From: Cystobasidiomycetes sp. EMM_F5
Lineage: Eukaryota
Length of the DNA: 64,000 nt
NCBI GenBank assembly: GCA_051047955.1
Contig: JBPGPT010000023.1
Coordinates: 186,001-250,000, forward strand
Reading direction: 5' to 3'
The notes beneath the pieces were generated by a model. That model was not told where the DNA came from, made no database searches, and was given only the letters and a program-made list of their open reading frames with translations. Positions within the stretch are counted from its first letter, which is position 1. Each line of letters opens with the position of its first letter. A program made the position numbers and the translations under genes. Positions 12,385 through 23,621 of the stretch are shown piece after piece.

Positions 12385-13114
12385 ATTGATGACGACGTGT
12401 GTATGAGGTGTGTGCTGTTTGCAGCGTAGGGAAGCGTGCTTTACTGCTAATGCTGACTGCGGCTGGATAGGCGAAGGAAGTTCACTGAGGCGATGTTATA
12501 GTCGAGTTGACGCGCGAGGGAAGATGATACTCAGAGAGTGTGGGTTACAGTATGGAAGTCGCGAGCCTGCGCGAGTCCACCACTGTTGTTTTTGGAGGTT
12601 ACTTCAGTTGGGAGTTGGTACGAAAGTGAGGCACTGCCAGCCTGGCGATGGTCAGGCCTTGGACATCTTCAGATCCCCAAGACTCAGTCTGTCAGTGCGT
12701 TCAGCTTAGGCCCAGGGTCTCGGCTACTTTTCTCAGGAATGTCAAAAAGTACAAAAAGGGCGGCGCGTCAGTTCGAGGTACGCGACGAGGCCCGCAGCGC
12801 AAGCATTAGCAATGTTTAATGCAGCGTCAGCTTATAATGCTGATACTGCACGCAGGCATAGCAGTCCATTCACATCTACGCGGTCACCGTCAGTCGCACG
12901 CTGTCAAGCACTCGACCCCTTGTCGAGGCCTAAGCGGGCTGGGTAGTGGTGGCAAATACACGGCGCGTACTAGATTACTGCGCAAGAGAACAAGTCGACT
13001 GCAAACATACAGGTTGCATGCGGGTTACATGGTCAATAAGAACAGTCTGCACAGTATCAAAGCCGCCTTTTGATGCTAATGGACGAAAGCACAAACATAA
13101 CCTGCACGCGCTTG

Positions 13115-15970
13115 TCACTTCTTGAGTGTTCCGACTGACGGTGTGATGGGAATTGAGCCCGAGTATCCGTGACGTTGCGACTGGCACTTACTACGGATGT
13201 TTGGCGCGTACTTCTCGACGACGTTGGCCTCGTGGAGCATCATGAATCTAGCCATGGCTGTCAGTAAAATCTCAGTAATGAGAGAAGAAGCCGATGCTTA
13301 CTCCTCAGTAGCATCACGTCCCTTGTAAAGAAGAATGGCTGCGAGGGGACCAAATAAAGTCAGAATCATGCTTGATCTCAGTAGTCAGGCCTAGGCACCT
13401 TTGGCACCGCCTATTCAGAAAGGACAAAACTTTATCAACAATATGCGCAGGACAGATCGATTCCAGCAAGACTTACCTGGATGATCCGGCAAGAACTCTT
13501 TGACCGCCAGGACCTCTCCATTGACGACAACCCAAGGATCCTCGTCGGTATTGTGCTTGGCTACGTCTTCCATAGTGTACTCCTTCATCACTGGCTTGTT
13601 TTCCGTGTATGGTACTTGCGCCATATTGTCCGTCTCATGGGGAGGGGCAGACTCGGCGGCAGAGTTGGCCTGACTGGACGTAGAGGCGGAAGGGCTGGCC
13701 GAGATCTGACCTTGAGCGCCGTCCCAGCTGAATTCGAGGATGGCCTTGTTCGAAGACGGGTCAATGCGAATCTTGGTCTCAAGGTGGTTTGCGACTGCGC
13801 AATGTATGCATGTTTAGTCAAGCTACCGGTATTTGAATCTATGTGAATGCCCACCTTGGTTCAAACGCTCGCCAGCAATCTTGCCGCTCGACATCTGTTG
13901 GAGAAGGTATGCAGCGGCTTCGTCGCCCGCGACTCTTCCGAATACGACACAGCCCAAGAGCGAAGAACCGCCAAGTCGGTTTGCACCGTGCACGCCTCCT
14001 GCAACTTCGCCCGAAGCATAGAGACCTTCAATCGGCTTGCCCTCGGTATTAATGACGCGGGCTCGTGCATCGACTTCAAGACCTCCCATCCTGTAGAGTC
14101 ATACATCAGCTTGGATAGCCTACATGATACTGACATTGCTTACGTATAGTGAAGTACCGGCTCCATCCAGGCTACATTGAAGATATCGTCCATCTTCCAG
14201 GTATCCTTATTGAAGAACTTCTTGCCCCAAGGATCTGCCTTCTTGCCAGACGCAATGGCATTGTAATCCTCGAAAGCCTTCTTGAGCTTCTCTTCCGAGA
14301 TGCCCATATCCTTGGCGAGGTCAGCACCACTTTCGAAGCGCTTCATCAGCTTGCGGCCGACGTAATGCTTGCAGTGCCATTCGATGCTCTTGGACGCCTC
14401 TCCATTCAAAATCAAGCGGACAGGATAAACGCCATTGTCCCAAATTCGTCCAGTAACCTAGGCGCAGTACGAGTCGCGTCAGACGTACGCAATTTAAGGG
14501 ATATGTCTGCTCACATAGTCTCGAGTACCAAGCTCGTCGCAGAAGCGATCGCCCTTGCCATCCAGCAGGATACCACCAGCACCTCGAAGAGCCTCAGCAG
14601 CCAAGAACTTGACCTTTGCATCCTGCTCGGCTGGATCAATAAGACCAGTCGGATGCACCTGCACCTTCTCGAGGTCGATGCCCTTTGCGCCAATAGCCAT
14701 ACCCATCTTCAAACCGTCACCGGTACAATGATCGCCATTGGTCGTAGACAGCTTCAGAGTATCTGGACGATGCTTGGCCAACATGCCGTCGGGGGCAAAA
14801 TCGGCAGCGTAGCCTGATAGAGCATTGCGTAAGCACGATCTCCACCATCCGCAGACCCGTGCAAACCTACCACCGGTAGCTAGGATGACTGCGCCCTTTT
14901 CGGTGTACTTCTTGCCTTTAAACTCGTACTCGACACCGACAACAGCACCCTTCTCTTGCAAGAGGCGGGTTACTCGAGCCTTCTTCAGGATCTGAACGCG
15001 CTCTGGCATCGTCTCGCAGTGCTTTTCCATAGCCTCCATGAGAGCATAAGTAATGACCATTCCGGCTGATGAAGCGTCGCGATTAGCATGAGCTACTGTT
15101 GTACAGGTATGCAGCTTACGGAACTGAGCTCCGCCACGGTGGGTTCTTTCGTACGAATGTCCGCCGAGACGACCGAGAATCGACAGGTCAAGCTTAAACT
15201 GCGCGCCGATCGTGGAATCACACATCAGCACAGCATATGTCAGTCATCGTAGGCGCAGCGTTGTACACACCTTATCCTGCAGCCAGTTTACTGCATCTGC
15301 CGAGTTTCCGGCCAAAACCTGAATCAGGTCATCCCTGGCCAAATCTTTCGCCGACTTCTTAGTGTCGTCGAAGAAGGCCTTGACGGAGTCTTTGATTCCC
15401 TGTTCCTGTTGTGTCCGTGTACCAGCACCATTGATGCCGGAAGTAGCTGTTTGGGCATGCAGTTTAAGCGATTGTTTCTCGCAAGACTGGCATCCGTGAA
15501 GCTTACCTTTGGTCGAGTTACCGCCAAAGAAGCCATTCTTGTCGAGAACTGTGCCACAGAGCCATCAGCGTCTGCGCTGCCTTGTCTGAATCTCGACGTG
15601 TGCCTTACGCAAGACGGAGCCACCTCGCTCGATTATTGTTGCGGCTGCGGATAGTCCAGACAGGCCACCACCGCTGTATGGACCACATCAAGGACAGCGT
15701 GTGTTTGGACATCGTTTGCGTTTGGATATGGCATGCCGCGGAGATATCCAGGACGCGTACGGCAGGTAGTGGAGGTTCAGAAGAGCCCCGATAGAGCGCA
15801 ACAAGGACCATCATTAGCTGGAATGGACGCAGCCAGGAGCAAGGCAGCACATACACGACGCTGTATCCAGTATAAAGACCCCACGCGGTGCGCCACCCAA
15901 AATCAGCCGAAGACTCTTGCAGAATGCGAGCCCATTACACGCACATTGTTCTGGGACCAGCGGCAGGCAT
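13115..15970 (-). CDS. FAD-dependent fumarate reductase (Osm1/Frd1-like) fused to a C-terminal cytochrome b5 domain; many exons including 6-nt and 12-nt micro-exons
   Basis: [13 protein letters not shown]ossmann motif, [66 protein letters not shown]; b5 domain [10 protein letters not shown]...[24 protein letters not shown]; ends IGTLKK*. Confidence 0.93.
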
Positions 15971-16306
15971 GCTGTAGAGTGCGATACTTCTGTGTTTTTT
16001 GAGTAGTTTTGCTCCAAAGTCTGCGCCGCTTGCCAACTCGCAAGTAGCCTTTGGACAAATCGCACAGCTCTGAAATTGGAATCCATTCTCCGGCTACTAC
16101 TCCGCCGGGTGGGGTGGCGACAGGCAGGATATGTCGAATGCTTTGTAGAGCCCTCGTCATGACTGGCTATGCATTGCATTGATCCACACATCACAAGCCA
16201 AGTCATCGCTTCTCTAGACATGGCGAGAGCGCCACAGCTGCCGCCACTATGGACCCCGCCCGTGCTGCTATGTTCCCTGCCATAGTCTTCCTGATTACTT
16301 CACCCT

Positions 16307-17514
16307 CTACGCCTTGTCCGTCTCGTCCTCCTGCTGTATCACTACGCCCGTCGAGCCCTTCTCTGCCGGTGGTAAATTCGCATGAAGGCCAGCTGCTTTG
16401 ATCTCGTCGATAGTAGCAGCCGCGCTCTTTCCCAAGGCGTCCGCATTCTTGTCGGTGCTAGGCGCTGTCTTCTCTGACTCGTACGACTGAGCCATGTCTT
16501 TGATATGCCTAGGACTGTTTCCACCATATTCGGTCGGAATCTCCAAGTCGGGCAGAACGTAACATCTCAGCATGATAACGCGACGTATTGCTTGAAGTTC
16601 GACTTACTTCATCCGCATGCCCAATCTCATGTACTAGCTGATTGCCGTAGCTGACAATGGTGAATTTGGCGACCGTCTCTTTCGACAGGAACAGTCTCAT
16701 GGCGGAGAAGACCCAGCCCATGACTGCAGGCACGTTTACAAAGAATTTGCGCTTCATCGTTTCCGGATAGTGCTGCAGGTATATTTCAGTACGCTAAGCG
16801 TGCCGTACTGACATCGAAGCAGGGCGGACCTTGGTCAGAAGATCGATAGCAGCTTTTGTGCCAGCTTTCACGCTTGGGTCCACTGTTATCCGACAGATGA
16901 GCATCAGCGCGTCTGCCCTACTCTAAGCACATCCTGCTCACTTCGGAAGAAAGAGACTGAATCGTAGTCGTGTACTTGTTGTGCAAGTTTCGGGTCGTCT
17001 AAGCCGTCGCCGCGGTAGGAAGGCAAATCCAAAGCATGCACACTCCGCTCCTGCAGGCCAATCCTCCATCTCAAGAACGCATCAAGAGGTTCAAACAATG
17101 CTTTAGGATTATGGGCAGCGGCACCTGTCAGAAACGGTTAGACTTTGTTGCAGAATAGGGGATTATCAACGCATGTCCTGGAAGCCATCACGGCGTACCG
17201 TAGATGTTCCAGACGATTATTTCGCCATCTGACAGCTTTGTTATCATTCCCAGACCATCGTATTGATCTGCGTGCTTCTCCTCGAACGCGGCCGAGCGGG
17301 GATTGAATTCCCTTCTCCACCTGAGCGTGCCCTCTATCCCAATCAGGGCTGCTTGTTGGTTGTCTGAATGAGCTTTCAGGTATTTTGCGATAATCAGTCG
17401 GGTAGGGTCGCTTGCTTCTAAGACATCCACGCCGTAAATCTCGCTGTGCCCGACTCGCTCGGTGATGGCAGGCAGCTTGGCCATGACCGCGTCAACCAGT
17501 TCTTTCGTGGGCAT
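16307..17514 (-). CDS. SFH5: Sec14/CRAL-TRIO family phosphatidylinositol transfer protein SFH5
   Basis: HSEIYGV, IIAKYLKA, TLRWRREFNP, VWNIYG, FLRWRIGLQE, QVHDYDSVSFFR, HYPETMKRKFFVNVP, IPTEYGG. Confidence 0.9.
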
Positions 17515-17600
17515 GGTGGAGAAAGCATTGGTTGCGAGCAGAGGGAGTCAAGGCTGATCGATGACCGAAGTGGACTTCAGTCTGTTCCTTTCCGACCCCA

Positions 17601-18910
17601 ATGGCCAGTCCAAACCGACGAGCGCACCATGCTTCAGCCCATGTTGGATCAGCTAGCACTCATGGCGCGGCTTCACAGGCCAACGCAGACTTGTTCAGGT
17701 CACTCGTATGGGACGGCTACGTCAATCTGAGTGTATGCATAGCGAGCAGTGACCTGACCGCTGGAAGCGATAGAAGCACAAACACGCTGTATGTGCGTGT
17801 CATTGCACATGCAATGCACAACGGGGGTAACAGCGTGATTTGGCTGAGACGGCTTGCGCGACATCCTAGATCCGTCCTCCAAGAATATCGTATCTCTCAC
17901 TGCTGATACCCGAGATTCGACGGACACTGCTGGAGATTGTGCTGGATGAGAATGCTCTTGCTGTGCTACGACCTGAGCAGATATGGTTTGACTGCGAAGG
18001 CGAGCCTTTGAAATGGTATGTCAAGACTCGAGCGAATAACGCATGTGGTCCATGCTGACGCTGTACGCCTGCAGGCACTGGCCAATAGGATTGATACACG
18101 ATTATCTTCGAGCAAACAACGTTCAACTCTCCACTTCTTCCGATCCTCCCAAGTCATACTTTCCCCCTGTCGCGTCCTCGTCTTTGACGAGAGCGGATCC
18201 GCAATTCTCGCAGCCACTTAGGATTACTATACACCTTTCCAACCCACCTTCCGACAAGCTCCTGTCATCCAATAGCATCGACGCTTGCCGGGCTAGCTTT
18301 ATGAACTTGGTAAAGGAAGCCGATGTCGTGCGATGGGGTTCAGTCAAACGCGTCACTGCACTTCGCAAGGTAGACCAAGATGCACTGTGGGAGGGTGTTG
18401 TAGCTCGTAAGCCTTTGCATGAAATTCGCCAATCACAATGCTTGAGCTGACGAGTATCAAACAGACGACTATGACAAATACTGGGCTGTCGCAAGCAAAC
18501 TAGTCCCCTCACCAGGCACTCGCACAGCATCACGAGTCACATCACCACCAATGACGACGGTCTCGTCGCTGGACGCTGGTATGCAGCTGCCGGACGCGGC
18601 AAATCAGCGATCAATCCCAATACGGGTCTACCTGCCACATGGTGGACCCGTAGTGCAAGACATCGTCCCAGCCGTGCATGCTGATGGAGTACAGACGCTA
18701 CAATCGGCTTTATCTTCCATGGTACCTGCTTTGTTTGGCAGCATTCCAGTTGGACAGGACATGACTGCGAGTTTTATCGCGTCTCGCAAGAAGCTGGTCA
18801 AGAGAGTCATTGTTCAGGGCATAGATCTGCCGTTGGATGCAGAACTGCCATGGTGCTCAACCTGCTTATGTTATCCGGATGGCTGGTTGAGCGTCGTTTT
18901 GGCTTTCTGA
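17601..18910 (+). CDS. ATG5: Autophagy protein 5, multi-exon
   Basis: FRSLVWDG, PRISYL, WFDCEGEPLKW|HWPIGLIHD, FMNLVKEADVVRWGSVKRVTALRK, IPIRVYLP, YPDGWLSVV. Confidence 0.95.
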
Positions 18911-19064
18911 AATTCAGGGCAAAGCAGTTGTTTGCATTCGCATTCGCTGATGCAGTAATGTAAAAGGCCTCTCTCGGTGCGCAATGTTGTTGTCTCAGAT
19001 AGTTGGGCTAATGGGTATTGAATGGAGCTTCGGCTTGGAGAACATGCTCCACGATTTGGGATTG

Positions 19065-20221
19065 CTACGTATCCATGATTACAGCTTTTGCTCTGTTGAA
19101 TATAACGTCTACATTGTCCGTACGCTTCTTGGTGGAGTCGTCCAACTGTGCCGAAATCACAAGTCAGTCGGAACAAGCAATCAAGTCACGAGAGACAGCG
19201 AATGTCATAGCTTACGTGTTTAGCGTCCTTGCGAGCATCCCCTTCACCGACGACCTTGTTTTCTTGATCTGTTTTCAAGTCCTTTTGACCTTCGTTCCGC
19301 ACAGCGCGTATCGCGACTCTGGCACTCTCCGCTAGTCTCGAAGCTGCCTTCGTTAAATTCCAGCGCGTGTCTAGATCGGGACTGCAGAGAAGTGCAATCC
19401 GGGAAGGACATAAGGCATTGGTGTATCGTGTCAGGGCAGAACGCATGTAGCCTCTTATTGACGTAGTAACGTACCGTGGAACTGGCACTCGCAGAGTCAT
19501 TTCGTCAACACGCTGAGGGTTCAGACCGAGGTCTACCGTTTCTTGAATTGCCTTTTCCACTGCTTTGACGCTCTGAAAGTTTGGCTATTAGCATAAAAGA
19601 AACGTATCAACTCTTCTACCCAAAGGTGGGCACGCACAGCTGGGTCGAAGATATTGACCATGAGTGCTTCCGCACCAGAGACAGATACTGTTGCGTACTG
19701 CTGTAGCGGATGTCGCTCTCCATGATCCAGCACACGTACGGCATCCAGCAAAGCTATATGAGGTAGCGGTGTGAAATAGATTTCGTTTATATCCGGGTTA
19801 TAAGCGCACCTGGAGACAGACGCCCCACTCTGCCGACGAGCAACTTCATATCTCTCTGCAGCTTTTCCACTGCGGCATCCATACTCTGCTCGAGCTTGTC
19901 TAGGTCGAACTGCTCGAGGGCGTCTTCGGGCGTCATTTCTGCTGCCCTTGCCTTTTTCCCTTTGGCAAGCACGGGCACTGGATGCGATTCGACGCGGATC
20001 TCGTCGTCGTCTTCCTCACTACTGCGTTTCTGTGACGAGGTCTTCATTGTAGATTTGCTCGTCTTCTTCTTGGACGCATATCTGACTTGCAGTCTTGAAC
20101 AGCACTGCGGACACGGCCATACCGCGGCAGACGTCGAAGCAGCCGCGTTCACCAACGGGGCAGCCGCACTTGGTCGCGCATACCTCAGCGCTTGCCTGGC
20201 TGCGAGCCTGATTACCGACAT
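19065..20221 (-). CDS. RRF1: Mitochondrial ribosome recycling factor
   Basis: Arg/Ala-rich presequence; VGRLSP|ALLDAVRV, LMVNIFDP, LGLNPQ, LRVPVP, AESARVAIRAVR. Confidence 0.85.
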
Positions 20222-20292
20222 ATTCTGTTGTCCAGAGTCAAGGCCGTGACGAGCTGCGTGTAATCTTTGGAACCTCGGGCTAATCTGCGACC

Positions 20293-21976
20293 ATGACTGG
20301 CCACTCCCTGTCGGATCGCTTACTGCAGGCTCTGCTGACTATACACCAGACGCCGCCGAGGCTGCTCGCTGCTCCTCCAGTCAGTCGCACCGGTGTGACA
20401 GCCAAATCCAAGAGAGCCAGTGTCGCAATTAGTAGGGTATCATTTCGTTAGGGCCATTGTTTATCCAGCTGACATGCTCTGTGCTTTTGTAGTCCTGCGA
20501 GTGAGGCCAACGCCGTCTTACCCCTCAACAGCAGACTATGATGCTGGCTTTCCAAATTCCTCTCCTATCCGGTCTCGCGCACAGTCGGTAGCGTCTATAG
20601 ACACAGAGTCTGGTAACCTCTCTGCTACTTCACATCGAATTCTGGACTTCTTCGCCCAGCCATGGGTACAGTCTGGAATACCCGAGATACTCTATATCAA
20701 GCGCGCAACACGCGCTAGCGATAGGTGGTCTGCGCAGGTTGCGTTCCCAGGCGGGAGGCAAGAGCTAGATGACGAAAATCCACTCTACACGGCCATGCGC
20801 GAGACTTGGGAAGAAGTCGGCATCGATCTAGCCGAGAAAAAGGATTTTGTCGAGGTTGGCCAACTCGATGACCGGGAAATCACGACGAGTCTGGGCAAAC
20901 GTCTGCTAATGGTACTCAGTCCGTTTGGTGCGTTCAAATCAAATTTGTAACTTGGTACGCAGTGAAGCTGAAAAAAGTCACATTTCGGCAGTCTTTCTGC
21001 ATACATCACCCCAAGCGCCTGTCCCTGAGATACAAGCAAGCGAGGTCGCTTCGGCACACTGGGTACCTCTGACTTGTTGTAAGCGGTGTATTCCTGTTGT
21101 ATGCTGGTGCTGACAGCACAACGTGCAGTACTCGCTCCGCATGTTCGCTGGGGAGACGTCAGAATAGACATCATGTCTCGTATCATGCCAAAAAATAGCA
21201 TCTTATGCCGCTTCCTCACTCTTCTCACTGGAAACATGCACTTCAAGTAGGGCATCTGATTTCTCGAGCAGGCGAACATGTCTGATCTCTCTACTTTTAG
21301 ATCCATCCTTCTACCAAATGATCCTGTTACACCACTTCAAGCCGAAAATGAGAAGAGCCTAGACCCAGCTGCCACATTTGCCGAACGTCTGCCACTATCG
21401 CTGTGGGGTCTTACGCTTGGTATGTCGCTCGACTTGTTGTCTCATATGGAATTGCCCGAAAGCAGTGAGATCAGCAGAGTCATTGCGGCCGATAAATTGT
21501 ACGCTAGCTCACCAAGCGAGCCACTATACGACATGTCGGCGCCACAGACGCCGCATAGCGCGTTTCCCCTCTTGCTTGCCCCTTCGATGACTAGCATCTT
21601 TCCTACGTTCTCCTACCCAGACATTAATCTCTTCATCTGGATGTTTGGGTTCCGCTACCGGCATCTCGTCAGGAGATGGGGCGAGCGGTTCAAAACGAGC
21701 TCCTCGGGATCTACAACACCTGCAATCCCACATCTGCGCCGCCGAGCTTCATCAGCTGCTGGCTTGCCGGCTACGCCTGGCGCTGCGGCTTCTCCGCATG
21801 GCGGACGCGTAAACTTTGCAGGCATGGCGCTGAATCAGTTCTATGCTGCAGTACGAAGAGCATTGATCGTGGCTGTGGTGGCACGCGCTGTGCTCTTGCT
21901 AGGTAGTACGACAGCCGCGACTCTATGGCTAATTCGCAAGTTACGTGACCGCAGAAAGCGCCTTCATTCATCCTAG
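20293..21976 (+). CDS. Nudix hydrolase (CoA-pyrophosphatase-like) with predicted C-terminal membrane anchor
   Basis: EILYIKRA...DRWSAQVAFPGGRQELDDENPLYTAMRETWEEVGIDL (Nudix box), LWGLT motif, hydrophobic C-terminal segment followed by basic tail. Confidence 0.88.
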
Positions 21977-22214
21977 AATGGAAAGATTGCGTTGTGGAGA
22001 GAGTGTGTGGCAGCATGTCTATCCTGTCAGATTTGTGTTGTTGTATCAGTCTGTAAAAATGTTTGCGCTACTTAGATTGCGGTCTCCTTTGCACTATCCA
22101 ACGACATTGGAAGATGCAAACTCGTCTGACCGATGTCTGGCCAAACTCCTCTTTGAACGTGTTTCTTTTTGGACAACAGACTCCGTACTCACTGACTGCA
22201 TCTGCTGTGCCATC

Positions 22215-23574
22215 ATGGCGGATTATAGCAATACTAACTGGTCTGGGCAGCAGGCAGAGTCGGGAGACTATCTGGGCGCCAACTACGCGTACGGCACCAA
22301 TGACCAAGAGGACGACGACCCAAACGGGCCAAGGGTCATTCGTGACACATGCATCTTCATCGACCATACAATGACGCTGCTGGGCTTTCAGCAATTCGCC
22401 AGAGATCGCCAGCTTCCAAAAACGGCGAGGCTCGACTTTGAAGCGTTGTTGCACTTTCTCGAGAGTTCGACGACTGATCTCCTGAATGTGACTGTCCGGC
22501 ATCTGGCAGCCAGTCCGCCGTTGGACGAACAGGATGCCGAAGATTTAGCAGTGTGTATCGGCAATCCGAGCAGGTTAATTGTATCGCCATTTGAGCTGAA
22601 TGTAGTCGGGATGACAGGCTGCCGACTATACGGTTCATCTGCTGGAGCGTATTATTCAACGCAAAAACCAACGGATCTTGACTCGCGAGTAGGTGCTCTC
22701 AATGTCAAGCCAAGCCTGAGTTTTCGAGTGACGACTCTCCTAGACAATGCGTTGCAGAAGTGCTCGCATTGCAGATTGCGACAACGTTGCTGGAAATGCC
22801 GGCGGAGAAATTGCCCAAGTATGCAACTTGGCCTCCGAGGATCGTGCTCGTCACAGGAGACGGCGGCCATCTCGAGTACCTTCGTGGCGGATTTACGAGG
22901 TACGAGGCTGGGTCACCCGTGATGTCCACGCCATTAGAATGTCTGAGCAATCTCTTGTCAGAATCATTCATTCCGCACTCCACAAAGGGTTTCCTGTGGC
23001 GGTATGGTCGTTTCGAGGCGCCAGAAGCGATCGTTGGATTAGGCTGTACAGCGACATTGTCGAGGATGCCAAGAAAGGTATGAAGGTCGGGCAGCTGCAT
23101 CTACTGGATCTCGACACATTCGCCAATGTCTTCGTAGCCGGAGTGAAGAATATCCAAGAATACCTACCGCCGCCTCCCCCTCCGAAAAAGAAGAAGAAGA
23201 AGGCTGGCGGATGGGGCACCAGTGGTACAGCTGATCCTGACTGGGGCAAACCGACGGCGGCAAACGATGCCTGGGGAACGCAAGGAGGAACAAACGCTGG
23301 CGAGAGCGCCAAGACAGATGATGCAGCTTGGGGAAAGAATGCATCCCCTTCGACCAAACTGGACAAGGTGGAGAGTGGCTGGGGTCAGTCATCTCCGAAA
23401 ACACCCAAAGACTCCAAGGCAAAGACCACCGGCTGGAGCTCAACGACGTCTCCAAAGACACCGAAAGATCCGCCCGCATCTACTACCGGCTTTGCAATCA
23501 CGCCAGCTGGCGGACAAGAGACAGCCGTAGCAGAGGAATCCAAGATCACAGAGGTGGACGATGACTGGAAATGA
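22215..23574 (+). CDS. NYN/PIN LabA-like domain protein with C-terminal WG/GW-repeat tail; join(22215-22550,22618-22688,22744-22899,22962-23574), 391 aa
   Basis: Three GT-AG introns give an unbroken frame: CIFIDHT...RLDFEALLHFLE...RHLAASPPL...DYTVHLLERI...EQCVAEVLALQI...IVLVTGDG..EY..GF..IIHSALHKGFPVAVWSF...LDLDTF, matching the order of fungal NYN/LabA-like motifs; tail has six W-G/G-W motifs. Confidence 0.75.
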
Positions 23575-23621
23575 CGGCCTTTAGGAGTTCACCATTTGCA
23601 TAGCATTTAAGCGTCGGCCTG

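Noticed and set aside
15674..15854. ATGATGG...CTGA in the long fumarate reductase intron as a C/D snoRNA
   Set aside because: C box is imperfect, boxes are only ~30 nt apart, and there is no terminal stem
21945..22214. Upstream in-frame extension of the NYN-like ORF
   Set aside because: Begins with a non-ATG codon, overlaps the Nudix stop and looks non-coding; ATG 22215 has good context (catcATGG)
23572..23610. TGA-CGG leaky stop context of the NYN-WG gene
   Set aside because: Read-through would add only RPLGVHHLHSI with no targeting signal; context alone is not evidence
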